Below are positions 1-9,622 of a DNA stretch of 64,000 nt, piece by piece. Origin of the DNA: an uncultured bacterium (lineage in GTDB: Bacteria; Zixibacteria; MSB-5A5; CAIYYT01); NCBI GenBank assembly GCA_963726455.1, contig CAVSCK010000004.1:1728001-1792000 (forward strand), in the 5' to 3' direction. Both the position numbers and the translations under genes were made by a program. Below the pieces are notes generated by a model that saw only the letters and a program-made list of their open reading frames with translations, was not told the origin of the DNA and searched no databases. How positions within the stretch are numbered: position 1 is the stretch's first letter; each line of letters opens with the position of its first letter.

Positions 1-1
1 T

Positions 2-634
2 GTCAGGCCGGGCGGCGTCAAATACGAACTAGATTCCCAACTGGCTGAACAATTGGCGATGAAACTTGAAATTGTGAATCGGGATTTGGAAGTGGCGGCA
101 TCGCTGTTCTTCAACAACCCCTCTGTCCTGGCGCGTCTGGAAGGAACCGGAACAGTGACGTCTGCGGAAGCCCGCGCAATCGGCATGGTGGGAGTGGCGG
201 CGCGTGCTTCGGGACTCGAGCTTGATGTTCGCAGCCAATTCCCATACGGAATCTACCGATTTTCAACGCTGCCGTTTTTCACGCAGGCCGGTGGCGATTG
301 TTTTGCGCGTGCTTATGTGCGTCTGCTCGAAATCAAGCAGTCGATTCCCTTCATTCGCGATCAGCTCGAGTCGCTCGGAGAAGGCCAGATCGCCAATGAA
401 TGTCCCGCAATTAGAGAGAATATGATAGCCGTGTCGCTTGGTGAGGGCTGGCGAGGCGAGATTTGTCATGTTGCGGCCACAGATGAACAGGGACGGTTCG
501 CATTTTACAAGATCGTCGATCCGTCATTTCACAACTGGTTTGGACTGGCATTGGCAGTGCGCGATCAACAGATATCGGACTTTCCGCTCTGCAACAAGAG
601 CTTCAATCTGTCCTATTGCGGACATGATCTGTAA
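2..634 (+). CDS. Ehr/hydrogenase-4-related complex large subunit (HyfG/NuoD-like), 5'-truncated by window edge
   Basis: Frame open from position 2 (VRPGGVKYEL...); motifs GVAARASG...D.R, GDCFARAYVR, EGWRGE, KIVDPSFHNW; C-terminus NKSFNLSYCGHDL. Confidence 0.85.
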   Translation, partial: VRPGGVKYELDSQLAEQLAMKLEIVNRDLEVAASLFFNNPSVLARLEGTGTVTSAEARAIGMVGVAARASGLELDVRSQFPYGIYRFSTLPFFTQAGGDCFARAYVRLLEIKQSIPFIRDQLESLGEGQIANECPAIRENMIAVSLGEGWRGEICHVAATDEQGRFAFYKIVDPSFHNWFGLALAVRDQQISDFPLCNKSFNLSYCGHDL

Positions 635-646
635 CGAGGTTGAATA

Positions 647-1435
647 ATGTACCAGATACTTAGGGCAAGACTGCAACAAAGATACCGGACCATGAAATAT
701 CCTCATGGCGAGTTGCCGGAGTTGCCTCCGCGGTTTGCCGGCCGTCCTATAATTACCAAGGAATGCGCGAACTCGTGCAAGTCATGCCTTGACGTGTGCC
801 CCACTCATGCCATCGCACAAGCGCAGCAATCTCTGCAGCTAGACACCGGACGATGCCTCTTCTGTCGCGAGTGTGAGAAGTCGTGCCCTGAAGGGGTCAT
901 CAAGTTCACTGCCAATCATCAACTGGCAGCGGCAAGTCGAGATGCGCTTGTAATCAGTTCTCGAAATCCGGAACATTGTATCGCTCTCAACGAACTGGCA
1001 AGAAAGTTCTTCTCGAATTCCCTGAAGTTGCGACAGGTTTCGGCAGGCGGATGTAACGCCTGCGAAGCAGATTCAAATGTATTGGGTACTCCCGCTTGGG
1101 ATATGGGGCGTTTCGGTATCCAGTTTGTTGCGTCCCCTCGTCATGCAGACGGTTTGTTGATCACCGGTCCGGTGACAGAGAATATGAGGTTGGCACTCAA
1201 GAAGACATACGACGCGGTTCCAGATCCCAAAATCGTGATCGCGGTCGGCGCCTGTGCCATCGCCGGCGGGCCTTACATTGACCACCCGCAGGTACATAAT
1301 GGTGCGTCCAGCGAAGTGCCTGTCGATCTGTACATCCCGGGCTGCCCGCCACATCCACTAACGATTCTCGATGGCTTGCTTCGGTTTCTCGGCAAGATTC
1401 CCGATTTGTCGAGCAACGCGAACGTCAACCGCTAA
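647..1435 (+). CDS. Ehr/hydrogenase-4-related small subunit (NuoB/HyfI-like) fused to an N-terminal ferredoxin-type 4Fe-4S domain
   Basis: CANSCKSCLDVCP and CLFCRECEKSCP; GGCNACE, SPRHADGLLITGPVT, VGACA, IPGCPP. Confidence 0.88.
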   Translation: MYQILRARLQQRYRTMKYPHGELPELPPRFAGRPIITKECANSCKSCLDVCPTHAIAQAQQSLQLDTGRCLFCRECEKSCPEGVIKFTANHQLAAASRDALVISSRNPEHCIALNELARKFFSNSLKLRQVSAGGCNACEADSNVLGTPAWDMGRFGIQFVASPRHADGLLITGPVTENMRLALKKTYDAVPDPKIVIAVGACAIAGGPYIDHPQVHNGASSEVPVDLYIPGCPPHPLTILDGLLRFLGKIPDLSSNANVNR

Positions 1436-1564
1436 AGCCGGCTTTCAATTCCTACCCGGACTACATATATTCCTCGCCACGAAAATGTTCTGTTGTGAAC
1501 GATGGACTGTCGGCAATCAGCACGCTCCATCGGGAAGCGGTAATTCTTGCGTATGTCAGTAACC

Positions 1565-2311
1565 ATGATTGACGAACTTGTGTTAAAGATCGGAACTCTG
1601 ACGAAAGTGTACGAGCAAGTCAGAGCCGTCGATAGCATATCGTTCGAATTGCGCTCCGGAGAGATCATAGGCCTACTCGGTCCGAACGGCGCCGGCAAAT
1701 CTACGACGATCAACATGATCCTGGGAATTCTGCAGCCGACCTCGGGATCGATTGAGATTTTCGGTATGGATATGGCCTCGCATCGATCGGTGATTAGCCG
1801 GAGCGTTAATTTCGCGGCGGTGTATGCCCACATGCCGCTCAACTTAACCGTGCAACAGAACCTGCGCATATTCGGGCTGATATATGGTGTCAGGCGGTTG
1901 AAAGACAGAATCGAGGAATTGTTGGAGGAGTTTGACCTGCGGCAATTCGCCGATACGAAAGCCGGTATCCTTTCCTCTGGGGAATTAAGTCGACTGAGTT
2001 TGGCCAAAGCTGTGATCAACAATCCGCGCCTGCTCCTGCTGGACGAACCTACCGCGTCGCTCGATCCGAGTATTTCGAGAACTATCCGGGCGACGATTCG
2101 GGATTATGTGAAGAAGACCGGGACTGCCGTCCTTTGGACTTCACATAACATGCGGGAAATTGAGGAAGTCTGCGACCACGTGCTGTTCCTTTCGCATGGA
2201 AGTATTCTGCTTTCCGGAAATCCCAAGACCCTGGCGTCCGAATACTCCAAGAACGACCTCGAGGAACTGTTCATCGCGGTGGCCCGGGAGCCGTTGACAT
2301 TAAAGGAATAG
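1565..2311 (+). CDS. ABC-2 type exporter ATP-binding protein
   Basis: Walker A GPNGAGKST, LSSGE signature, LLLDEPT; start taken at ATG 1565 (uncertain). Confidence 0.9.
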   Translation: MIDELVLKIGTLTKVYEQVRAVDSISFELRSGEIIGLLGPNGAGKSTTINMILGILQPTSGSIEIFGMDMASHRSVISRSVNFAAVYAHMPLNLTVQQNLRIFGLIYGVRRLKDRIEELLEEFDLRQFADTKAGILSSGELSRLSLAKAVINNPRLLLLDEPTASLDPSISRTIRATIRDYVKKTGTAVLWTSHNMREIEEVCDHVLFLSHGSILLSGNPKTLASEYSKNDLEELFIAVAREPLTLKE

Positions 2312-2314
2312 ACC

Positions 2315-3121
2315 ATGATTTTCACGCGAACATACGCCATCTTTCTGCGTCAGCTTTATTTGTTTCGAAGCAATCCCACGCGCCTGGCCAGCATCTTTCT
2401 CTGGATGGTTATCGACATCATTCAATGGGGATTCATCAGCAAGTACTTCGGGACTTTCGGAAGTTCGACGTTCGGCTTTCTGGCCGCGATTCTTGGCGCG
2501 ATCGTTCTCTGGGGATTTGTCAGTCGCATTCAACAAGGGATCATGACCAGCTTTCTGGAGGACATCTGGTCACGCAATTTCATCAATTTCTTCGCGTCCC
2601 CTCTCAAGATCATCGAGTACCTCAGCGGCCTTGTGCTCACCAGCATCGCTACCGGCCTGATCGGTTTTGTAGTGGTGGTACTGATTGCCGGCATAGGTTT
2701 CGACTACGATTTCTTCGCAATCGGATTGCACCTACTGCCCTTCATGGCGATTTTGTTGGTCTTTGGTATTGCCATGGGAATCTTTGTCTCTGCAGTGATC
2801 TTCCGACTCGGACCGACCGCCGAATGGCTCGGCTGGCCGATTCCGCTGGTGCTGTCAGTCTTTTCCGGAGTCTTCTATCCCGTCGCGACATTGCCGACAG
2901 CATTTCAAGTTATCTCAAGATTGATTCCGGCCTCTTACGTCTTCGAAAACCTCCGAGTTGTGTTGGCAGTAGGGTCACCTTTGGTGAAACCGGGTCCAAG
3001 CATCCTCATCGGCGGTCTGCTTGCCCTGCTCTATCTTGCGGCCGCATACGCCTTCTTCATCCGCATTTACAAGCGCAACCTTGAAAATGGCGCGATTGCC
3101 CAGTTCAATGCGGAGGCGTAA
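2315..3121 (+). CDS. ABC-2 type exporter permease
   Basis: About six hydrophobic segments, FSGVFYPV motif, 3 nt after the ATPase gene. Confidence 0.85.
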   Translation: MIFTRTYAIFLRQLYLFRSNPTRLASIFLWMVIDIIQWGFISKYFGTFGSSTFGFLAAILGAIVLWGFVSRIQQGIMTSFLEDIWSRNFINFFASPLKIIEYLSGLVLTSIATGLIGFVVVVLIAGIGFDYDFFAIGLHLLPFMAILLVFGIAMGIFVSAVIFRLGPTAEWLGWPIPLVLSVFSGVFYPVATLPTAFQVISRLIPASYVFENLRVVLAVGSPLVKPGPSILIGGLLALLYLAAAYAFFIRIYKRNLENGAIAQFNAEA

Positions 3122-3148
3122 TTGGTATCGGGGTGTCGTATCTATTGG

Positions 3149-6100
3149 CTAACGAAATTCCCTTACGACAATTGAGTCTTCAATCCTGCCAAAACGCAGT
3201 GGCGTAAACTGCTCACCCATAATATTGATGACGCCCTCTTCCCTTTCCAGTGTCCCCTGTACCATCAGGCAATTTGAATAGACTACCGCTTTGCGGCACA
3301 GAGTGACGTAGTGCGGTTTGACGACGATATTGAAAAAGCCGCACTCATCTTCCAGCGTCAAGAACAGAAATCCTTTGGCGGTCATCGGACGCTGGCGGAT
3401 GATCACGATGCCCGCCACCGTAACTTGCTGTTTATCCCTCAGATGTTTGATATCGCCCGACGACAACACCCCGCGCGTCGACAATGCCTTCCTGACCAGA
3501 CTCATGGGATGCGGTCCGGTGGACAGCTCCATCCCACCGAAATCGGCGACCAGTTCCTCGGTGACATTCATCGGCAACAGCAATTCCTGCCCGGCGTTAT
3601 CGTTGGCAATCGGCAATTCCGAATCGCCACGCGGAATCAGTGCCAGTATCTGCCAGAGCGCCTGTCGGCGTGTCAGGCCAAACGATTGAAAGGCGTTCAC
3701 CATAGCCAATTGTTCCAGCGAGTCGCGGTTCAATTCCGTGCGCCGGACAAAATGCTCAAGCGACACAAACGGTCCACCGGCAAGTTCACTTTCGATCTTT
3801 TCTTTCGCGGCCGTGCCCAAACTCTTGATATAGCGAAACCCCAGGCGAATTCCTTCCCCTTCAATCGCGCAGTCCCAGATGCTCCTGGTGACATCCACGG
3901 GGAAAAACTTTACCCCGCGCCGTCTGCCCTCATAAACGATTGTTGACGGCGAGTAGAATCCCAGCGGTTGGGCATTGAGCAGCGCGCAGTAGAATTCACG
4001 CGGATAATAGACTTTGAAAAAGGCCGACACATAGACCAGCAGCGCAAACGATGCCGCGTGCGATTCCGCAAAACCAAAATCGGCAAACGCCGAAAGCTGC
4101 ATGAAAATTTTCTCGGCGGCTTCACGGTCGATTCCGTTTTTCATCATCCCCGAAATTAGCCGCAAAGACAGCGCGTCCATTCTTTCTTTCGAGCGTTTGT
4201 GTCCCATCGCCCGCCGCAGTTCATCGGCTTCACTGGCAGTAAATCCGGCGGTCGCCACCGCTACTTGCATCCCCTGCTCCTGAAACAACGGTATTCCCAG
4301 AGTACGTTCCAGAATCGGTTTGAGCTTCGGGTGTGGGTAGGTAATCTCTTCCTCACCGTTGCGCCGCCTGAGGTACGGATGCACCATATCCCCCTGAATC
4401 GGTCCCGGCCTGATCAGCGCCACCTCAATTACGAGATCATAAAAGACGCGCGGTTTGTGGCGCGGCAAAGTGTTCATCTGTGCCCGCGATTCGACCTGAA
4501 AAATTCCGACCGTGTCCGCCGTGCAAAGCAAATCGTAAACTCTGGGATCGTCATAACTCAGTTTTGCCGGATCAATCGTAATGCCGTGCTGCTCTTTCAC
4601 GAGCCGAATGGCGATATCAATCATCGACAGCATGCCCAAACCGAGCAGATCAATTTTGATCATACCGACATCACCGCAGTCGTCCTTATCCCACTGAATC
4701 ACACTGCGGTCGGGCATAGTGGCATTTTCAATCGGAACAATCTCCGACAGCGGTTTTTTGGTGATGATCATGCCTCCGACATGGATACCAAGGTGGCGCG
4801 GGAAACTGCGAATCTCTTTGACCAATTCGGCCAACAGGCGCGCACGATGATGGTCAACATCCATGTTGGCCTCGTTCAATTGCTGCTCGATTTCGTTCTT
4901 GTCGGAAAAGTGGTCGAGTAACTTTGCCAACCGGTCAACATCGGTCAGCGAGAATCCTAGCGCTTTGCCGACATCACGCACCGCCGAGCGCCCGCGATAA
5001 CTGATGATCTCGCAGACCATACCGGCATGATCGCGGCCATATTTTGCATAGACATATTGGATAACTTCCTCGCGGCGGTTGTGGGCGATATCGATATCAA
5101 TGTCGGGGGGCTCCTTGCGTTCCTCTGAAATGAAGCGCTCGAACAGCAGCTTCAACCGGATCGGATCAACGGCCGTAATTTCCAGGCAATAGCAGACTGC
5201 GGAATTGGCGGCTGAACCGCGCCCCTGGCAGAGAATGCCGTTGAGATTGCAAAAACGGGCGATATCCCAGACAATCAGAAAGTAACCACCCAGATGGAGT
5301 TTGTTGATGATTCGCAACTCATGTTCCAGTTGTTGCCTGACCGGCTCGGACAATTCACCGTAGCGACGCTGGGCGCCTTCATAAGTCAGATTTCGTAAAT
5401 GGCTTTCGACCGTCTCACCGGAGGGCACCGGAAAATCAGGGAGCGAGGTTTTGAGTTTGCCGAGGACAAAATCGCAACGTGAAGCCACCGCCAGTGTATT
5501 GGCAACCGCCTCGGGACAGGCGGAGAATAGTGCGCGCATCTGCTCGGCAGATTTAAGGTAACGCTCGGCGTTGGGATAGAGAAAACCGTTGGCGCTATCA
5601 ACCGGCGTGTGATTCTTGATGCAGGTCAGCACGTCCTGTAGCTTGCGCAATTCCGGCACGGTGTAGTGCACGTTATTAGTCGCGACAATCGGGATTCCCT
5701 GCTTTTTTCCTAATGCCGCCAGTTTTTCACAAAGTTGTTCATCCTGTGGCAACCGGTGGTTTTGCAGCTCGAGATAGAAATTGTCTTTGCCGAAAAGTTC
5801 GCGATAGCGTCCCGCCAGATACCGCGCGTCTCCGACCGCATTTTTCAGTAGCAGCGCCGGGATTTCACCCAATTGACAACCTGACAGGGCCATCAGGCCT
5901 TTGCTGTTTTCGGCAAGCGTGTCGGGATTGAGTTTGGCTTCGCCTTTGGCATTTTCGATTTGCGCGGTCGTAAGTAAGCGCGAAAGGTTCGTGTAGCCGG
6001 TTTCATTTTTTATCAGCAACACCAGATGATGGCCATTGGTTAGCGTTACCTCGGCGCCGAAAATCGGCCGCACGCCATACTCGCGGGCGGTCTGCGCAAA

Positions 6101-6247
6101 ACGCACGATACCGTAAAGTCCGTTGTGATCGGTCAACGCCATGGCGGGAAAACTCAGTTTGGCGGCGGCCTTGATCAAATCCTCCGGATGCGACGCGCCA
6201 TCCAGAAAGGAGAAATTGCTGTGGCAGTGAAGCTCGACGTATTGCAT
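3149..6247 (-). CDS. dnaE2: Error-prone DNA polymerase III alpha homolog (DnaE2/ImuC)
   Basis: PHP domain YVELHCHSNFSFLDGAS, GRGSAANS, EPPDIDID, GFAESHAASF, OB fold RQRPMTAKG; real start MQYVEL at 6247 (the ORF-track extension overlaps imuB). Confidence 0.95.
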   Translation of the reverse strand: MQYVELHCHSNFSFLDGASHPEDLIKAAAKLSFPAMALTDHNGLYGIVRFAQTAREYGVRPIFGAEVTLTNGHHLVLLIKNETGYTNLSRLLTTAQIENAKGEAKLNPDTLAENSKGLMALSGCQLGEIPALLLKNAVGDARYLAGRYRELFGKDNFYLELQNHRLPQDEQLCEKLAALGKKQGIPIVATNNVHYTVPELRKLQDVLTCIKNHTPVDSANGFLYPNAERYLKSAEQMRALFSACPEAVANTLAVASRCDFVLGKLKTSLPDFPVPSGETVESHLRNLTYEGAQRRYGELSEPVRQQLEHELRIINKLHLGGYFLIVWDIARFCNLNGILCQGRGSAANSAVCYCLEITAVDPIRLKLLFERFISEERKEPPDIDIDIAHNRREEVIQYVYAKYGRDHAGMVCEIISYRGRSAVRDVGKALGFSLTDVDRLAKLLDHFSDKNEIEQQLNEANMDVDHHRARLLAELVKEIRSFPRHLGIHVGGMIITKKPLSEIVPIENATMPDRSVIQWDKDDCGDVGMIKIDLLGLGMLSMIDIAIRLVKEQHGITIDPAKLSYDDPRVYDLLCTADTVGIFQVESRAQMNTLPRHKPRVFYDLVIEVALIRPGPIQGDMVHPYLRRRNGEEEITYPHPKLKPILERTLGIPLFQEQGMQVAVATAGFTASEADELRRAMGHKRSKERMDALSLRLISGMMKNGIDREAAEKIFMQLSAFADFGFAESHAASFALLVYVSAFFKVYYPREFYCALLNAQPLGFYSPSTIVYEGRRRGVKFFPVDVTRSIWDCAIEGEGIRLGFRYIKSLGTAAKEKIESELAGGPFVSLEHFVRRTELNRDSLEQLAMVNAFQSFGLTRRQALWQILALIPRGDSELPIANDNAGQELLLPMNVTEELVADFGGMELSTGPHPMSLVRKALSTRGVLSSGDIKHLRDKQQVTVAGIVIIRQRPMTAKGFLFLTLEDECGFFNIVVKPHYVTLCRKAVVYSNCLMVQGTLEREEGVINIMGEQFTPLRFGRIEDSIVVREFR

Positions 6248-6257
6248 GGTTTGCCCC

Positions 6258-7751
6258 TCAGTCAAAAACTCCCTGCATATACCAGCGCTGTTGTTCACGG
6301 TCGAAATAACAGAGCAGTGCTTCCCCCCGCGCAGTTTCGATTTCATAATACTGCCGGGTAAAGGCGCCCTCCCACCAATTACCTGATACTTCCCAGGGGC
6401 CCTGTTGGGAGGTGACTTTTCGTCGCTGACCACACCAGTTGATCTGTCGCAAGGCGCCGTCTCTGTCGTTGACTTCGATCACCGTTGCCGGTTCCAGTAA
6501 ACGCAATCCCGTCAGTGAGTGTTTGCAGAACGAAATAGCAGGGATCTGCGACTGCGAGATTCCATTGCGGGCTTTCGGACGTTGCGTCAGGAGTTGATAG
6601 GAACGCTCAGGGATGGGCGAGTATTGCAGTAGTGGATACAGTGGTTGACAGGAATTTGTCGCCGCGATTGAAATATCATCGCTGTCACGGCGATCCGCTG
6701 CCGGCAGCGCCAGTTGTTTGGGAGCATGTGAGGTAGTGACTATCGGGCCGACGCCAAGTTCGATCACACCGGCAGGCAAATCAATCTCCGCCAGTTTACA
6801 GCGCAGTTGACGCAGGAATTTTTCTATTGATAACGTCGGCTTTTCAACGGGGATCTCGATTAGGTGGCGGCTGCGATCATCACAACGTAATTGAATCGTA
6901 ATCTGCGCACAGGCCTTGCCCGCAATTTTGAGTTTGCCAAACAGTTTTTCCAAAAGCAGTCGCACATAGTTGGCGATCGGTTCAGCGCGGTAGATGGCGA
7001 ACCCGAGATAGATTTCCTCATGCCAATCATCGGGTGGTGTTTCGGGCACGAAGAAATCAGGATCCTCGCCGCGCGCCAGGCGCGACACCAGCCAGCCCTC
7101 CCGGGCGAAACGTTCCACCATTTCATTGGCGGGAAACTGTGCCACCTGCTGAATCGTGCGCAAACCAAGATTAAAAAGTTTATCGCGAAACTCGGCGCTG
7201 ATGGGCAGATGTTTGACCGGCAACGGCTGGATAAACGAATGCGTCCGGCCGGACGGGACAATCGTGCAGGTGAAGCCACGGGAAATCTCCGCGGCGACTT
7301 TCGCCGCGAATTGGTTGTCAGCAATCCCAATCTGTACCGGCAAACCGTATGATTTCACGGCCTCGATCAACCGCTGCGCCAATTGCGTTTCACCGCCATA
7401 CAGATGTTCGAAGCCCTCCGATTCAGTGACAAAACAACCTGAACCGACGGCATTTATCTGGGGCACCACCCGGCGCAGCAGGTCACAGATTTTCGTGGTC
7501 TCCTGCTGTTCGCGCTTGCTGTCATGAGTAACACGAATCAGGCCGGGACAGAGCATCACGCCCTGCGCGGCAGTCATCCCGACCGTGATCCCGGTCTTGG
7601 CAGCTTTACCGTTAACTTCGATAATCGCCGCGGTATCGGTGTCATCCTCCACGAGTACTACCGACTCCAACAACCAGGTCGGATTTTCACGGCAAAAAAG
7701 CGCCGTAGCAAACCGGGGGATCAACACCGCCGCGACACGCTTGGTCAGCAT
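6258..7751 (-). CDS. imuB: Y-family polymerase-like accessory protein ImuB
   Basis: IMS-like N-terminus (GITVGMTAAQG, GIADNQFAAKVAA), C-terminal GPWEVSGNWW...RQYYEI...WYMQGVFD; located between imuA-like gene and dnaE2. Confidence 0.85.
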   Translation of the reverse strand: MLTKRVAAVLIPRFATALFCRENPTWLLESVVLVEDDTDTAAIIEVNGKAAKTGITVGMTAAQGVMLCPGLIRVTHDSKREQQETTKICDLLRRVVPQINAVGSGCFVTESEGFEHLYGGETQLAQRLIEAVKSYGLPVQIGIADNQFAAKVAAEISRGFTCTIVPSGRTHSFIQPLPVKHLPISAEFRDKLFNLGLRTIQQVAQFPANEMVERFAREGWLVSRLARGEDPDFFVPETPPDDWHEEIYLGFAIYRAEPIANYVRLLLEKLFGKLKIAGKACAQITIQLRCDDRSRHLIEIPVEKPTLSIEKFLRQLRCKLAEIDLPAGVIELGVGPIVTTSHAPKQLALPAADRRDSDDISIAATNSCQPLYPLLQYSPIPERSYQLLTQRPKARNGISQSQIPAISFCKHSLTGLRLLEPATVIEVNDRDGALRQINWCGQRRKVTSQQGPWEVSGNWWEGAFTRQYYEIETARGEALLCYFDREQQRWYMQGVFD

Positions 7752-8401
7752 GGCAACAATTCCGCCTTTGTGCCTTCGCGTGTGAGACGGCTCTTGGTGG
7801 TAACGATTTCGGTAGCTCCACCGCGGCTGCGGGTCACTGTCAACTGCAAAGAAATTGAACTCGCAGGAAGAGTTCGTGAAACGCCCTCTGTCAGAAACAG
7901 CGCCACGGCTTTACTGCGGAGAACCAGTTGACGCAAACGATGCAGCAGGATGTGAGATATTTTTTCTTCCCTGCCGGCCAGGTCGAATACCACGCACCTG
8001 ATTCTGCCCTGTTGCAAGTACAGTTCGGCTGCGCGCATACCGGTATTGATCGACTCGGGTTGCAGCACCAAGATCTTTCCAACATCAATGCCGGTGGCTG
8101 CGGCCGCGGGCGGAAAGAAAGTCCGCCCAAAATCGATATAGAGAATATCCGTGCGTTGCGATATGCCCGTCAGAAGTTGCAGCAACACTGACGTTTTGCC
8201 GCAGGAAACACCGCCGGTGATTTCCAGCAGTTGTCCGGCCGGAACTCCGATATCGGGAAACAACGGCTGTAATACCGGACTGTTTACCGGAAAGCCCTCA
8301 CCTTGGCTGACATCGCCGACATACAGTGCCTCCGGCCATTGTTGGCTGACCAGCTCCTGAATTCGGCTGACTGTTGAAGTTTTTGATTCGGTGGCAATCA
8401 T
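7745..8401 (-). CDS. imuA: RecA-like mutagenesis accessory protein ImuA
   Basis: GQLLEITGGVSCGKTS P-loop-like motif, YID...FFPPAAAATGID; GGAGG SD before ATG 8401; overlaps imuB start. Confidence 0.8.
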   Translation of the reverse strand: MIATESKTSTVSRIQELVSQQWPEALYVGDVSQGEGFPVNSPVLQPLFPDIGVPAGQLLEITGGVSCGKTSVLLQLLTGISQRTDILYIDFGRTFFPPAAAATGIDVGKILVLQPESINTGMRAAELYLQQGRIRCVVFDLAGREEKISHILLHRLRQLVLRSKAVALFLTEGVSRTLPASSISLQLTVTRSRGGATEIVTTKSRLTREGTKAELLPC

Positions 8402-8425
8402 TTCATTCCTCCGCTGATTGTATAC

Positions 8426-8439
8426 TGCACAAATGTGCA
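8426..8439. promoter_or_regulatory. Candidate LexA operator TGCAC-AAAT-GTGCA
   Basis: Perfect 5-4-5 palindrome just downstream of the imuA -10 element; fits TGCNC-N4-GTGCA. Confidence 0.7.
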
Positions 8440-8447
8440 CTACACTA

Positions 8448-8474
8448 ATTATACGGCAGAGGCAGGGCTGTCAA
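8448..8474 (-). promoter_or_regulatory. sigma70-type promoter of imuA-imuB-dnaE2
   Basis: Minus strand TTGACA-15 nt-TATAAT (consensus hexamers, short spacer). Confidence 0.6.
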
Positions 8475-8546
8475 TCACATCAATCTTCTTTTTCTCAAAA
8501 AACCGGCGGCAACTTGGCAAACAGCCGGAAAACGTGTACCAATTGA

Positions 8547-8575
8547 TTGACAAAGAGACATAAAATTCCTATGGT
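8547..8575 (+). promoter_or_regulatory. sigma70-type promoter of galT
   Basis: TTGACA-17 nt-TATGGT, divergent from imuA. Confidence 0.5.
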
Positions 8576-8611
8576 GCAGGCACTGAAGACGATACCATCA
8601 AAGGAGCAGAG

Positions 8612-9610
8612 ATGCCGGAATTTCGCCAGAATTTGGCAACAAAGGAGTGGGTGATACTAGCCACCGAGCGAGGCAGAAGGCCATCCGACTTTAGCAAAGA
8701 TCGACAACCTAGACCGTTACCACCATCATTCAAGGATGACTGCCCGTTTTGTCCCGGCAACGAAGACAAAACGCCGCCGGCTACGTATGTCTATCCCGAT
8801 AAAGGCGATTGGCAAGTCAGAGTGGTGCCAAACCGCTTTGCCGCCTTGCAGCCGAATCTGGCGACAACGCGCTCCTATTCCGGCAGATTCCTTTCCGCCA
8901 AGGGATTCGGCGTTGCCGAGGTCCTAATCGAAAGCCCAAGGCACGACCAGACAATTGCCACCATGGATATCAAGGAAATCGGAAACGTTCTTCGCGCTTA
9001 CCGCCAGCGCATTGTCGAGATTCGCAAGAACGACAAGATCAACCTGATAACGGTGTTTCGCAATCATGGCCCGCTGGCAGGCACCTCGCTGGAACATCCG
9101 CATTCGCAGATCATTGCCACACCGATTGTCCCGCCGCATGTCCGGTACCCGATGGAACAGGCGGTACTCCATTACGACAAACATGGCACCTGTGTCTATT
9201 GCGACATGATTGATGAGGAATTGCGCCAGAAGGAACGGATCGTCGTCGAGACGGACTACTTCCTGGCAGTCTGCCCTTATGCCGCCCGTTCGCCCTTTGA
9301 GTGCCGCATCTATCCCAAACGGCATATGGCCAGTTTCGCAACCGTGGATGGCGAGGAGATTATGGAATTGGCCACGTTGTTGCGCGAATTGCTGGCGAAG
9401 ATATACACCGGATTGGGAAATCCGGATTACAACTATGTTATGAGATCCGCGCCGATCGGCGACGAAGACACGCGGCACCTGCACTGGTATATTGTGGTAA
9501 TTCCCAAGATTTCGATTCCGGCTGGATTCGAAATCGGCTCGGGGATTTACATCAATACGGTAGCCCCTGAGGAAGCGGCGTCGTTTTTGAAGAGCGTGGA
9601 TATCCGGTAG
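8612..9610 (+). CDS. galT: Galactose-1-phosphate uridylyltransferase (class I)
   Basis: R..RP, CPFCPGNE, FRNHG..AGTSLEHPHSQI (HPH motif), AGFEIGSG. Confidence 0.92.
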   Translation: MPEFRQNLATKEWVILATERGRRPSDFSKDRQPRPLPPSFKDDCPFCPGNEDKTPPATYVYPDKGDWQVRVVPNRFAALQPNLATTRSYSGRFLSAKGFGVAEVLIESPRHDQTIATMDIKEIGNVLRAYRQRIVEIRKNDKINLITVFRNHGPLAGTSLEHPHSQIIATPIVPPHVRYPMEQAVLHYDKHGTCVYCDMIDEELRQKERIVVETDYFLAVCPYAARSPFECRIYPKRHMASFATVDGEEIMELATLLRELLAKIYTGLGNPDYNYVMRSAPIGDEDTRHLHWYIVVIPKISIPAGFEIGSGIYINTVAPEEAASFLKSVDIR

Positions 9611-9622
9611 TTCAGTAGTCTG

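Noticed and set aside
6248-6433. N-terminal extensions in the ORF track (dnaE2, trpD, trpA, tyrA, pgl, M23)
   Set aside because: They overlap upstream genes; downstream starts give SD or stop-start coupling and match family N-termini.
8431-8446. AAATGTGCACTACACT resembles the 3' end of the 48-bp repeats
   Set aside because: Match is only about 10 nt and overlaps the LexA-like palindrome; likely chance.
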